NCBI GenBank assembly: GCA_977030845.1
Contig: OZ365109.1
Location: forward strand, 26,350,001 to 26,414,000
Length of the DNA stretch: 64,000 nucleotides
Reading direction: 5' to 3'
From: Fimbriosthenelais zetlandica
Taxonomy: Eukaryota
The position numbers and the translations under genes were made by a program. The notes beneath the pieces are model-generated. The model saw only the letters and a list, made by a program, of their open reading frames with translations, made no database searches and was not told the DNA's origin. Positions 26,166 through 40,500 of this stretch are shown here, one piece after another. How positions within the stretch are numbered: position 1 is the first letter of the stretch; the number at the start of each line of letters is the position of its first letter.

Positions 26166-28439
26166 AAAAGCCCAAATTTTGCAATTTTTAAAGCTTTATT
26201 TTTTAATCGAAACTTTTTTAATCGAAATCAAGAACTTACTTTGTATATCTATGTTCATTGCCGAATCTACTCCATTCAAGGAAAAGACATAAAGTAAATC
26301 TGGGAAAATCTGTTAATTTGTCCCAGAGTTCACATATGGTTTGTGTACGTGTACAAGATGCAGTATGGCAATTGGCACCAACATTTCTCCTGTAGGAATC
26401 AAAACATTATTTACCTCATGTTTATGGGTGTCTGAGGAAGAATATATTCAGAAGAAACCCTGGAGGAGGTATAAGTGGGAGGGTGGGTGGGAGTTGAGGG
26501 ATGGGGGTGGGGTGGAGGTACCCACCTACTAGTGTGTGGCCTTTTCACACTCCCATATGAGCAGTACGGCAGTAAATTTCCTTCACAATGTTGGTCGACA
26601 TATTTATGTGGGGTGTAATTTCCCCGTTCTCTCGCTTGACCATGGATGTGCTCCACGCCCCTTTGTCTTGTTATCATTACCACATGGTCAAGGAAACAAG
26701 TGCGATAACAAGGATCACCAGAAACTTTGTGATCTACTGAAAAGGGATGAGAGATAACCTAGGACCATTCAATGCCTAATTAACCATAGTAAACCAATCA
26801 CTAAGTGATCAATAGGCGGGAAATTTATGAAAATATTCCCAAACATGTATGTTATTCCACCTGGTGAAATGTTGGTGTTTAAACAGTTATAAGCCATAGT
26901 GGAAATATTTGGACAGATTTTCCATTTTAAATCCACGCAGAGGTCTGAGTTTGACATTCATGTTGGGCCACTTCGTAATGATGAGAAAACATACTGTTAG
27001 CAAACCCCATGTGCAACCCTTTAGCAATTCTAACCATTGTTCTTTTCGTACAAGCTTTAGGTATTGGGTTGGTTAACTCAGCGAAAACTGAAAGAAATAC
27101 AACAGTAGAAAACATTCTCTGTATTTCACCTTTTTGTGGGATACGATGGGTTTAAACAAGGGAAAGGAAAATGACCATTAAATGCAAAGATTCATGATTC
27201 AAGTGATTTTGCATTTGGATTTCAGCATTTTGCATTAGTCCGACGACACGTTTCCCATTTGGGAATTGTCTTCCATATTTTTTCCATCAGAATTATGTTC
27301 AAGTACAACTGAATACAATAGAAACCAACAACAATGGAGAAAGGTAGGGACGCCTGGAGCAAGGTGATGTATGGAGAAGCCATTACATCCCAGACTTGCT
27401 CTTTAAATATTCCAATAGGCTTTTAAAGGGATCCAGATGATCATAGTGATAGAACATTTTAACAAGACTTGACAGTGGCTAAGCCAATTATTTACTTGGC
27501 TGCGAGAAATCAAAACACCCGCACAACACCTGTCTTGCTGCAGTAAAAGCCACGATTGTGAAGTACAGTAGATTCTCAGCTGCGGGCCCATCCATTAAGA
27601 CGTCACATCATTGTGACAAGATGCTACAGCAATGCATCTTAGCTGCGTTCACTCTTGTTACAGCCACCAAGACGTGAAACCAGCCAAACGGATGGGACAG
27701 GCCCGTGCCAGAACAAGAAATAAGAGGAAGGGGCATGCGCATGTCGAGTGAAACTATGGCATCCGCAAGCTGTCCCGCGGGACTTTCTCAATCTCATTAC
27801 TATAGCAACGCCTCCCATACCTACACACTACGCCTTTCTCTGCTTTCAAATTCCAAAATGTACAACCTTGGTTTTCAGCTTGTTCTCTTTTTTAAGACCA
27901 AGCAGCTTCCATAATTATTTTCTTTCACTTTGCGCTGTCATCACTTCTCTTTCTCGGGATGGTTTGTTCTGTTGTCTGCAGCCAAGGCTGCAAACTCCAT
28001 ATATATAGCGGGTCTCTTTTGTTTGTCCAAGCATGTACCAGCGAGCTGAAATATGGCCGGGAGAAAAGCCCTGAAACCATAAATTGGTATGGCCATCCTT
28101 ATCTGTGTGTTGCATCTGTCTGCTTTGAGATCCATACTAGGAGAGGGATAAATCAGTGTGACCTACTGGTACAGTACACCGGTTCAATATGTTCCACTTC
28201 ATACCAGTCTCTCAATACAGAACGACTCCCCTGAGCCACGACTCCTCTCCTATTATCTAATGACTGACTAGAGGATGGGCGACAGACTTTTTTTGCATCC
28301 AGATGGTTTGGGAATAGGCCATAGACTTTTATGGACGCCGAGAAGCAATAGAGAGATGTTTGTTTTCAATTGATAGGGAGGAAATTGCAATTGGCGTATG
28401 CGCGTCAGGGGTACTCATTTGATCTGTAAGTGCATAAGA

Positions 28440-29100
28440 GTCAAATACGCTTCCAAATGTGCTGGGTGATTGGTCTTATTGAAACACAAGCACCATTGGG
28501 AGATTATGATTATTTCATGAACCTTTTCCCCCAGAAAAGTTTTTAGTTGAGGGTATCCAAACCCTTGGGGGTGTACCAAAGGGAATTCTGTCAGCAATGC
28601 TAAGGCTAATGTTCATTTTGGAATGGGCTCAAGGAATCGGGATGTCAGTCTTCTGAAAGCTTACAGGGATTGGGAAAATCTGCAATGTCTGTGCCTCTTC
28701 TGCGCTATAAAAACAGCTAAGTTCTGGTCTCCAGAGGCTGAAGGAAATGTCGGAGGTTCTTTTATTATCTGACCTCTCAAGGGAAATCAGCAAAGTCCGG
28801 ATTAATAGAGGATTTTCTGACTTATCGCCAATATCTGACCTATGCTGGGAGGTCTGGACCAATAAAGTTTTCCGTGGATGTCAAGTGAGGTCAAACAGAG
28901 ACCAGAGAATATATTTTTTCCTAAAGATTTTTTCCCACCAGTACAAAAATACAAGAGACCTATACATTGCGTGGGCACCCTTGGTCGGGAATTGAACCGA
29001 CAAGCTTAACCATAAACTGTTAAGTGGGCTTGGCCACAGACCGTTCTTTTGATGGACAAAAAGGAGCAAAAGTGGGGTGGGATGTACGACCTTGGACGTG
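28440..29100 (+). mobile_element. Possible decayed CR1/L2-type endonuclease fragment
   Basis: VIGLIET...GDYDYF and a later PWMSSEVKQ resemble EN start and post-EN linker motifs, across frameshifts. Confidence 0.25.
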
Positions 29101-32100
29101 GCATATCTCTCTGTAAGACAAAGGCAAGGCATGGTTAATGTGGGGAACTATTGCCCTTTGATATTTAGCACTCATACTGCCGTTCTTACTTGGGCCATAG
29201 CATCCACCATGTAGGCCACTTAAACAAATGGTTTGCTTCCAGTTACCTGACCCTCGTTCATTTGGCCTGATACAAAACGCCCATTTCTAATAGACGCTGC
29301 CACACGCGACCCTTGGGCAGTATACAATAATACTCTCCTCATAAGAGGTACATGTACTGCAGGTTTCTTTAAAGGAAGCTCTAACGGGAAAGGTTATAGG
29401 TTCCCCGTGGAACCCAAGAAGGTTGCAATCCTGTTTTATCCGAACCTATCTATACTAACAAAAACCGTACTACCATGTCTGTTAAATAAAAGTGCTGGGT
29501 ATAAATAGGGCATTTGATACGGACATTAAACTCATGTTCTGGGAGGTGGAAACAAAATGCAAAAAAAAAATGGACAAAGACAAAGAATTCTATAGAACAG
29601 GGAGGTCTTTGGTGACGGGTATATTTTTTAAACCTCTGGTAGGCCTACCATTAAATCATTTTCACTTCAGATTTTAAAAATACGAAATAATAGATAAACT
29701 TAAAAGAGTGAAGTAGTGCACTTTCAATCGTGCAATGTATGAATTATGTAAATGTGATACAGTTTGAGACGCAGGCGAGCGTTGGGTCTAGCTATTGGAG
29801 GATTCTGGTCACGTGAGTTGGCCGTTACATACAAATTACACCTCGGCAGGCTAGATAAGTTGACTATTTGTATGTATAGAGCTCATCGGGCTAGCCACCA
29901 CCAGCCTTTGCAAACCACACTAATGGGATGGAGGCTAAAACCCGGGGTCTCAAAACTCTACATCTACTCAGACTTTGTAACAGAAAAAATACATACCGGT
30001 ATATGCAGGCCTTGCACTGTAGATATTTGCAAGACAGTTCTAAGCTATATACATTTCTGACTGGTTCGTATAAATGTTCTGAGTATGAAGGATTGGACTA
30101 AATGCACAAGCAACCAGACATTCAGAAGTAGATACAGGAGGATTGATACAGGGCCAAGTTTCATGGAGAGAATAAATTAGAAAAGTAAATAGAACACTTG
30201 GGTAACAGTATCCCATCCTAGCATATCCAACTACAAGAAAATGACCCATGATCACTGATCATTTAACCTTAGTATGAATTATATAAGGTAAAACAGTGAA
30301 CAATGTTATTAATATTTGTTAAATTAATCCTAGTTACTACTTGACCAGAATATCTGAACATTATTGGTCAGATAGCCTGGTTTATTTTGAAGTCAGAAAA
30401 GCATGCTAAGGATTGGCTCCCAGAAATCCAATGGAATACCAGTGTAAGGCCTGAATGTCCGCATGGCTCAGGGAAAGTCTCTCGAATCGTGATTCTGTCA
30501 ATATTTATTCAAGCTTAATGATGTTTCCATAGCAGAAGAATCAGGAGGCTGCAGACCATCTTATCTACTCCGAGCAACTCAGACTCGGAGTCAAGACGAG
30601 CAATATGTTCTTAATACCTCTTATCACGAAACTTCCAATTGGTGGCTTCCCCACACTTACAGACAGATAGGTAGACCGCTCGAGACAGACAGATCATTCA
30701 GTCAACAGGTCAAACCATTATAAGCAAACAGAAATATCAGTCTTTTATGCTTTTTCTAGGTCTCGAACTGGAAATTCCCTAAGTAATACAAACACGATTA
30801 CTGAAATAGAACATGATCTAAGAGAACTGAAGAAGAGTATGCCTATTTTCCATGATCAGTTTTGATGAACGCATTTTACACCATACTTTTTAATTCTTGC
30901 TTTTCAAAAAGCCTTGTAAAGTGTAAACCGTAAAGGTAGATCAAGTCCTTGCATTGACATATATATACCTAAGAGGGCAGTCCGACAAGGGGTGTAGTAG
31001 TTTCAGTGTCGTGAATTCATTGCAGGGGGAAATGACCTATTCAAGTAGTCATGCTATGGTAACAATACTAAAACCAGCCAAACGCTGTTTGCTCACTAAA
31101 ACCTAGCGGCTCCACTTGCTCGCGTGTAAACCGGCTCAGTTAATTAACTATGAAATCGTAGACTAAATGAGCCACCAAAGTCCAGGTAATGCAATCTGGC
31201 CTCCTGCAGGAGACCTGGGATGAGGAGAGGAGAGGGCATGCAGGACAGGCTTATTGCCGCTATCAGATGAGACTGGAGATTTTTTATTTTTCCCTTTGTC
31301 TCATATTTTGTGGCCTTCGGAACAAATATTAATATTCATATAATTAGTAGTGCTGACACTAATATTCAGATACTCCTTGTGTGTCCTTCCCAACTATACT
31401 GATATGGTGAACCGGCCCGTTTTTGTGAGATCAGAGATTAAAATATCGTACACGTCCATCTGACATTCAGATATTTGTTATAGTCAGTACAGAAATGTGA
31501 ATAGTTTGGGGATAAATGAGATTCAAAATTAAAGTCCCACTCCTAACAATGTGTCCATTTCCGACCTGTCTCTTGAGACGAATAGTATACTGTGGATGTA
31601 CTATCGAGACAATTGAAGCTCATGTAAGCTAACGTACAACCAGAGTCATGCAATTGACATAATTGGATTCATTTCAGAGATAAGCCAATTCGGAACCTCG
31701 GGAAAAATAGCCGTTCCACCATGCTTTGCCAACTCTGTGGGGAAATCAGAATTCAAGAATTCATAATTCATCTCCATCTAGCCCAGGCTTGGCATTCAGA
31801 ACAACACTGAAAGAAATGTTAGAGAGAAAAGTTTCTGTGGAAATAATCTGACTTTTGACATTCAGAAGAGGGAAGGAAACAGCAAAATTCATGTAGATGC
31901 CATGAATCTGACAGGGGATGGATGAAAATAAGTCAAATGTTTCAATCATATTACAAAACTAAGGTTCTTGTTAGTATACAAAAACGGCGAAGAGATGTCA
32001 CCTATACTAGTTTACTTAACTCTGGAAATGTCTGAGAAAATGAAAAGGTTATGTTTCAATGAAAGTAAGTAGGCATATGCCTTTTATTAGTAGCCTAATC

Positions 32101-35100
32101 GTGTACTACGTTTCATGGAAGGGGTTTACTTTTCTCATATTGCAGAAATTTCAAATAACCTAAACTTGTGTTTTCAGGGTTCATATTAATTCATATATTT
32201 AAGATCATGTTACAAAGGATAATCTGAAGAAAAAACAATTATAATTTATAAACTTGGGATGCAAGCTGCCAAAACCAGTATTACTATTGTCTCTATTTTA
32301 ATATTAGAGATCTGAACTTGAACTTGGTTTCACTAATATTCAGGTTTGCAGTCCATGTTGGTGAGAGAGGAGAAATAGATCATGGCAGGGAAATTTTACT
32401 AGAGGGTCAATTCAAGGTCATGCCAAGCTTGACTCATGCAGGACACAATAGATGGTGCACACTCCATCAGTGGGCAAGCAAAGGACCCAATCTCCTAATG
32501 TGGGAGTTCGTGTTTAACAGTAAGCAAAGATATGGGTCACTTTAATATCTCTAACTGGCCCCATTCTAGTTAGGTCCAGAGTAGAGGAGAGGGAGAAGGG
32601 AAAAGAGAAGTAGTCCATATGTTCATTAGAACTGTCTGATGTTTCTTCCCCGTGCAATTTTGTGCGAAGCTTAAGAGCACGCAGAGTTGCTTATACATTC
32701 TCTCCACCTGGGGTCCAATACTGCCAAGAAGGAAACACACTATCATTGAACTTGACTGCCATTCACAAAAGGCAATAATTATTAACTGGGTTTTGAAGTT
32801 GTTTGTGTTTGTGCAAAAGACCGCCTCTAAAGTGAAGACAGTCAACACCTCGCACAAAATACTTTTCCAACAAAGTAGTGAATAGGCAGGCAAGAAATGT
32901 AAGACCCGTTTTTAATGACAGACGAGATCAAGGAAGATCTGACAGAAATATCAGGCCAAGATTAAAACTGATATTAGCTCTCCGGACTTTTTTATTTAGA
33001 TACTAGTATAACAGATTAAAGAACAGTACGGTTTATTTTACCTCTATTTGGTCTATTTCTAACAGAAAATTTAGTTTTGAACCCGTCTGTTTTGCCTCTT
33101 TGCATCAGGTTAATTTTGCAAATAATTTTATATACGGCTGAATGCAATATGTAATTCCGTGACTTGATTAGGATTAATTGAGATATTCCACAAATGTCAG
33201 CTTATATTCCGCTCGTGTGTTGCTTCCTGCACAAGACATTTCATGCTATAGTCTTGAACATTATGCACAAGACATTCCAGAAAGGGAGTACACATACGTT
33301 TGGAAAGTTCCAACTCCAGTGGGCCAAGTCCATTTTCTGACTGCAAATGCTCCATTCTGTATAAATACGAGTTACTAAACACATAAAGATGGAAATGATA
33401 GATTGCATATTCCACAGCATCCATATCGAGAAATGGAATTAATACATCCCAAGTAAATCCCCCAGATACAAATTATCATGGCAGCTGATCACTTATGCAG
33501 ATTTATGGCCAACTTAACAGGTGAGGCCAAGGCGGGGCTATTTCCCACTGGTCTCCCTCAGCCGGGGGAGGAGGGGAGGGTAGCAAGCCCCCCAGTATAG
33601 CCAGCAATTCTAGACCCGCCATTTAATCTTGAGGTCTTCAATTCTTAATGTCAGCCTTATTATATATTCATTCCCTGTCACTTCTAGGCTCTAGTCAATG
33701 TGTTTTTGTCTCCTGCATAATAGCACCTTCTCCCTCACTCACCAACTTTCTTGGGGCATACTTTGTACTGCAGAAATGTACTACTACAGAATACAGTTTG
33801 TTATGTTATTGATGTAAAGAGTTTTTTTTTCTTTCTTTAAAAATGTGTCGGGGACTGAGAACTCACTTGTTATTTTAAACATAATTATATAGGATGAATT
33901 AATAACTAATGCTGAAGTGTATACACTCGATTGCCGCTAGTTGCGTGATTGTATGTACTTCATATCTACTTCAAGCTGAACCAATTGCGATAATTATCAT
34001 ACCTTAGACTGATACAGAAATTAATACCAAATAAACATGAAATAAAAATAAGGTAATGTATTAGTTTAACCGAGTGGTGTTATGAAATGTAAGCAGAACT
34101 TTAAAAAGTGAGACATATTAAATGTGAGTGTCAGGTAAATGTGTTGAGATTGTCAAATATTTAATGATAATTTAACACCTTAATAAATACAAGAAATGTC
34201 AGACACTGAGATTCCTCATATTGGGAAATGAGGTGAGGCAGAATTAAAACTCTTGAATTACAAAGGTCATGGGTGGATCTAAAGTAGATTGTATGCAGTA
34301 ATGGACTGATTTCTCTCAACCTGCATGGCAGAGAAATAATTTAAAATCAAAGAGATAATTTTAAAACAAGCTAGTGAAAAGCTGCTTATAGTCGAAAAGA
34401 AGAATATATGTGAATGAAAACACATTTTAACATGGGACAAATTCAATGCAATCCAGTTCAGGACTGATAGATAGTAGGAAATGAATGAGATTTTCAGTCA
34501 TGTCGGTTAAAATGATACTTACTACCCAAGTGGGATGTAGCTAAGACCCAGCAATATAACTTTAATGGAAACAATGCCATATGGTCTTCAACCTTTTTGT
34601 AGTCAATCCCATCCTGGGGTAGAATCGCTCGACCCTGGATGAGTTAATACATATTGCACATGCCCCCACCCTCTCCAACTGCTCCTCCTCCAATATGCTA
34701 CTGGAGACAAGCAGTGGACCCTCCGGGCCGTCCGGCCGGTAGACCACAGGGTAAATATTGTTTTAATGCTAATGCCACTGGCTGTGTTGACAAAATACAA
34801 AAATAATTCTCCACAGCTACTGCCCTCAGCTACCATACCAAGGTACAGCCTTAAACTATAGCTAACGCGCATGCTTCTCCCAATAAAATACAGATGTTAT
34901 TCCGTTGTAAGAGCAGAAATAATTTGGAAATAGTATGCATATTGTTTAAGGTAACCTTCAAAAACAGAAAAATTACAAAAAAATAATCCAAAATCAGTGT
35001 ACAAATTATCCCGAATTTTGTCATTGGAGATACAGGCACAATATGATACTGGGACAATTTCAAAGATATATATCAGAAAATGTTTTATACATTCATTGTG

Positions 35101-36559
35101 AAAGTACCGGTATATATGTATTACCTTGAGAGAGTACCAATGAATAAGAGGGAATTTAAACAGCCTGACCCACAATTCCCTGTGTAGGCTATAACTATGA
35201 TTAAAACAGCTATTTAACATCCAGATATTATATGTTCCAAGTGTAGGAAAGGGCTAGAGGGAGTTGGCCGACTGACTGTCTGTCTGACAGTAAAGTTAGG
35301 AGAACTTATATCTGCAGAGATTTGCAATGAGTATTACAAGAATCGATATTTTTTCTTCTAATGACTCCAAAACCGTGATGGCCGACGGTTGGCTGGTGGG
35401 GCTTACATTATTTAATTACGGCCCATCACTGGAAGTCGCTTTGGTAATATGTACAGTCCTTTTCAGCGACCAATGCAGCAATGAAAACATGTACCTTTTT
35501 AGTTAATTGTGCCCTTTTGCCTCTTTTAAATAAGGATAAATATAATACCATAATTGAACATATTTATGCAGAAGACAAATTTTATCCCTTTCCATACATT
35601 TCGAAGTGTTTTACTTTTGATCTTGCACAAATCTATAGATTAAAATCAAAATTGAATTTAAATGTTTGAGATGGACTGTAGAGCTGCATGGTATCGAGGT
35701 TGAGAGTGGGAGATGGGGGTAGGTTCCTATTTAAGGAGGGAGGGGGCTTCAAGAAATAGTGTGCAACGTACAAAAGACATTTAGATTACCTTCATTAGTG
35801 GAGTGTCTATAGACAAAAACTAACACTACTTTCTTCCTATTTCTGTCTCTCATCTACGTTTCTATCTCTCTAACGCTGTTATTTCTCTCTCTGTCTCGGT
35901 TGGTCTCTTTCCCTGTCTCTCTGCCCATCATTCTCTCAGCCTCTGAATGCCTGTCGTTCTCTCTCGCTATCTCTCTTTTCCCACTCACCAACTCATGGAA
36001 TATTGAATGTGATGTCAAAGTAATGACTACTGTGGATTCAAATAAAGCGCTGCCCCCGCCCACCCAGCAATGCTCTCTTCTTGTTTTCCACTTTGTGAAA
36101 CCACACTGGCTTGGCTCGCTAGGCATCAGTGTTAGTCTCTAACTAATGAAAATGGCGGAGTAACAGGAAACAGGCAACACTCAATTCTTCTATTTAAAGA
36201 AAGTGATTATTGAGAAAGGTGCCAGGTGTACATAATGGGCAAAGTAATTCAGAATTCAGAATCTGAGAGTCTGAAATCCTTTAGTACATTTAAATTCATG
36301 CCATTGTGAAATATGACATCCCCCATTGCCCAAGACCTTTGATGATAAAACTCATCAGACCAAAGGTTCTTAGGATTATCATCATCTGGTACCTACTATT
36401 TAACATTAAAGTTATTGGCCAAAGCCCCAGGGCCTAGGCAGAGGTACCAGGAGTTAAAGAGGCGGATTAAAGGTATACTAACTAACCTTGCTACAGTAGG
36501 GAAAGAAATCAAGTGACAAACGATTCAAAATACATCACCTTTCGTGACAGGTGGCTTCA

Positions 36560-37430
36560 TCTTTCATTCTCCCCTGGCTCCTCAGAACAATGCCACCTTC
36601 TCCTCAAACCATTACCTGGTATATTATAAAATAATCCAACCTGAACTTGATAGAAATCAGTTGATGACCACGCCTCAAAGTATACGTAATGTTCAGCCAC
36701 TTACTCACAAGTGTACTTGGTGTGGACCACCAACCAACTTTCTTTCAGAGACAAGTGTGTGCTTTTGGAAGCCCAAGTTACCAAGAGCAAATAAAACTGG
36801 GTCCTTCTAAACACATAGTCAGAATATACTCAAGTCAATACAAAGTGGCGGGCGAAAGGACGGATTTTGTAGTTCATGAACGGCATATGAATACCAACTT
36901 GGTGACGTGGATGCTTGAATGTATCCGTGAGAGAATTCACCAAGAAAAAAGTTGGAAATGTAGTGTCCCTTGAGGGAAAAGCATTGTGATAATGGAATCT
37001 TGAGGGAATGGGAGTTTTTCTCCCAAACAAGTGAGAAGGTCATCTATGTGCAAGAGACCTTAGTCTTCGGTGGTACATAATTAATGCCTATAATGCAGGC
37101 ACAGTCGTGCATTATTAAAACGCGGTAGATCATAGATGTAGAGGAATACTTTTTTCCCTTCTTTCTATGTATCCTGTCCTTTGGGGAGATTTGTTTCACA
37201 CTTTGCTTTTTTCTGTACCTCACATTACCAATACCATGGCTAAGAGCGTTTTCTCAGAAATCTCTCAAATATAAATGATCTTGTATAAATGGCACGTGGG
37301 GCCTGTAAGTCCTGCAAGGGCAGAATCTCCACATTGAAAAGTGAGAACTGTATGTCATCTAGCTGCTCGGAATATCCCCTATATACCCCCACCCATCCCC
37401 TATACCCATACTGGTTTATTTCCAATGAGA
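36560..37430 (-). mobile_element. Possible decayed L1-like endonuclease fragment
   Basis: VEILPLQDL (LQET-like) and ITYTLRRGHQLISIKFRLDYFII (YTW...SRLDYFLI-like). Confidence 0.3.
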
Positions 37431-37507
37431 AATCAACAAGGGTGAAATCTAGTAAATCTTTTATACATGAACCAACCTAGAGGTGTAAGGGTTTGCTCTT
37501 GTGGCTT

Positions 37508-37545
37508 ATACGCATGCGCAGTGGGGGCAGAACATGCGCACTGAG
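37508..37545. promoter_or_regulatory. Paired NRF1-like sites (acgcatgcgca, acatgcgcac)
   Basis: Two near-consensus GCGCATGCGC sites about 20 bp apart in a local GC-rich patch. Confidence 0.4.
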
Positions 37546-40500
37546 CCGCCACTGATAATGTCTAGACAGGAGAGTAAACAATAGCCTCAGCATACGTCTA
37601 CATAGAAGCATCACGTTTTGGAATTGGACCCCACAAGCTCAACAACTAAAAAAGAAAAAAACAAAAACCTTGCAAAAAGCATCTAACTCCGTATCATACC
37701 GACTGTTGCATATTTCTAATCAACAGCTTGGCTTCTGGGAAGTAGGAAGATCAGAGAGGGATGTCATGGCACTGTGTAATAGAATCAGGGCTGAGAAGAC
37801 TTGCTTCATTTGTACTTGGGGGGAAGGGGGGATAAGATGTCCCACCGATAAGGTAATGAGCAAGGAGGGGAGCTCAAATACCAGATAAAGGCCAAGTTAA
37901 TGAGAACAAACTAATATCACCGAGCAACAAAGGGCCCCCACTACCTTTGATTCAACATTATGAATCCCTCCTTAAATTTAGCAGAATATCTACTTCACCC
38001 AAAAGCGTCAGGTTTCCCTTCGGTAATATGACCTTCCTTGTATTTTCAATGAAATATTCGAGATTTGTATGATCTCAAGAGTGTTCAGAGAAACTTGGGA
38101 CAACAGGAAAGAGCACTTCCCAATGAATTCGCTCGCCTCTAAGTTAAACTCTGAAACTCCGTATTTTATGGCCCTTTTCCAGGCTTTCCAACTTGGAATT
38201 AATATCGAACTTTTTGCTGCCCACATTTTCACGCTGATTCTTCATCAGTTGGGAGCGAATTGTCAGAATGAATTGCATGCTAGCAATGATGGGGAGAAGG
38301 GAGATGATATTTTTGCCCAATTAATTCCGGGCCAGTGACAGCTCGTGCTGAATCGATGAAGGAGACGACTTCTGTTTGACTAGCAGCAGTCAGTGCTTTT
38401 CTCTTTTTCCTTCTCCTTTTCCTCCTAGCAGACATACCAAACATATAGAGGAAGAACACGTTCCGTTTGTTTGCAAGCGCCTAAGTAAACCGACGGTCTA
38501 TGCGGTCCTTCCTCTATTGAGATGCGAGATTCTAGGCAAAAGAAACAACAAATTGTTTTGTGTACAAAACTTTTCACCTTCATTCAGGATAAAGCTGATA
38601 GGAATATAAAGGCAAGTTTTGGAGGATACGAATTTTGCAGATCCAGAGTCCGGGGACATTATAATACATGGATCACAAATTACTTTGAAAATAGAATCAA
38701 GATAAGCACTTGGGTATTATATTGAGAAAGGTAAGGGTTTCCGTTGAACGGTTCGAAACAGACTGGAGAGGGGGGTAAAGAATGTTCAATATTGAAGACT
38801 TTGTAGATTTTACTGAGATTATGGAAGTATTGGATACCGGTTACACACTGTGTTTTATGTATGTTGACTTGGGATACAGAAAATGGAGACAGGGAAAATA
38901 TACAGGAATATACATGTGCACAATTTTCAGACGGGCATTAGACACATAATTATCTAAGTCTGACGGTGGCTGAAATGAAGCTGAATTCCCAGCACAACTA
39001 CTAAAGTGCATCCAGCAGATGCTGCTGCAGAAAAGAGAAAATATGAGGGGAAAATGGTCTAATCTTGGAGGTCTAATTGAGTTTGGAGGAATCCATTAGG
39101 ATTTCAGCACCAATTCCATGAGATAATTGACAGGACACCGTGCGCTTCCATCCGATCCATATTGCAAGTCTGTACCATGTACATCCCACACTTGATGTGG
39201 GACTCAATTATTTTATTAATTAGTCAAATCGATTCCAAATTAGAGCGCAAATATTGCGTCCAAATTGCATTTCTACAACCATGCAGAATTGTATAGTGAA
39301 TTGTCTAAACTATACTGATGCCGATGCAAATTCTTTTATACGAAAAATTAAGGACTTTCTTTTGTCATCCGCATTAAACGAATGTGCAGCCGCGAAAGAA
39401 AATCGATTCTCCTGAATTCAGAATTCTGAATGACTTGCAGTGATGTAATCAAGCTTATGGCAAGTCATAATCTAATTTTGCTTCCTGGTAACTTGGAACT
39501 CGAGCCAGAGTTAACCAGTGGAAAATTGAGACAAAATATCTTAATAAAGGAGTTGTCATGAGGGGATGCAACAAGGACATGAATATCATTGCAACCTTGA
39601 ACCATATTAAATTTATTCGCATTAAATATTTAGACAGATTTTCACTCATCTTTTTAAGAGAAAGATCGAGGCATTTCATTACCTGTGTCAGGCAGTATTC
39701 TGCTCAGATACTAGTTTTTCACTTAAATACAAAGTTATGGCAATAAAATCCATAATAGTATGGTGCTAAAGCAGGGTGGAAACATTAAATTATAAAACCT
39801 AGCTGCGGTAAAGCACTGAATCAGCCCGCAGTCTCCACTCCTCATATTTATTCTCAACGTTTTGCATCAAATTTACCACCAAGTGCCAGTACAATTCTGG
39901 CCGGAGTTCAAATAGTATGAGAAGATGAGAAGGGAAAGACAATGTGTCTGCTAGCAGAGGTGCAGCTGTACATTATATTTACTGCATACCGTTCCCAATT
40001 AGAGGTGTTAATGAGCGGAAGACAACGCAATCTGCATTCACAGGCAGAACTGAATCAAAGGCATCAGTAAGTGGGGATGGATTCACAAGACTTTCTAAAG
40101 CTGAGCGGTGCACCTGAATTCTTTCTGAAACAACCAATTTTAAGCTCAATAATTAAGCAGTGGTAAGCGCGTCTGGGTTCCAATATGGTGGCCAATATTG
40201 ATAGATTGGAAATGACCTTCAATTTAACCCATTCGCTGGCGCAAAAAGCGGGTTACATGTATTATTGTAATGGAATGTATAAAGCGGTGATTGAGTGGGA
40301 AGATTCCCTCATAAAACGGAGGGCATCCATCTAACCAGGCTCTCTCTCTCCACTAAAGGGAAGTCATTTAGGAGCTCAATGATAGAGCATCTTATAGAGA
40401 TACAGACTTGTTTAAAGTCTGGCTTGAAATACAGCAGTTATTAATGCAGATACATCCCTTCATGGATTAACATATATAGCGTTTACACGCAATTCATTAC

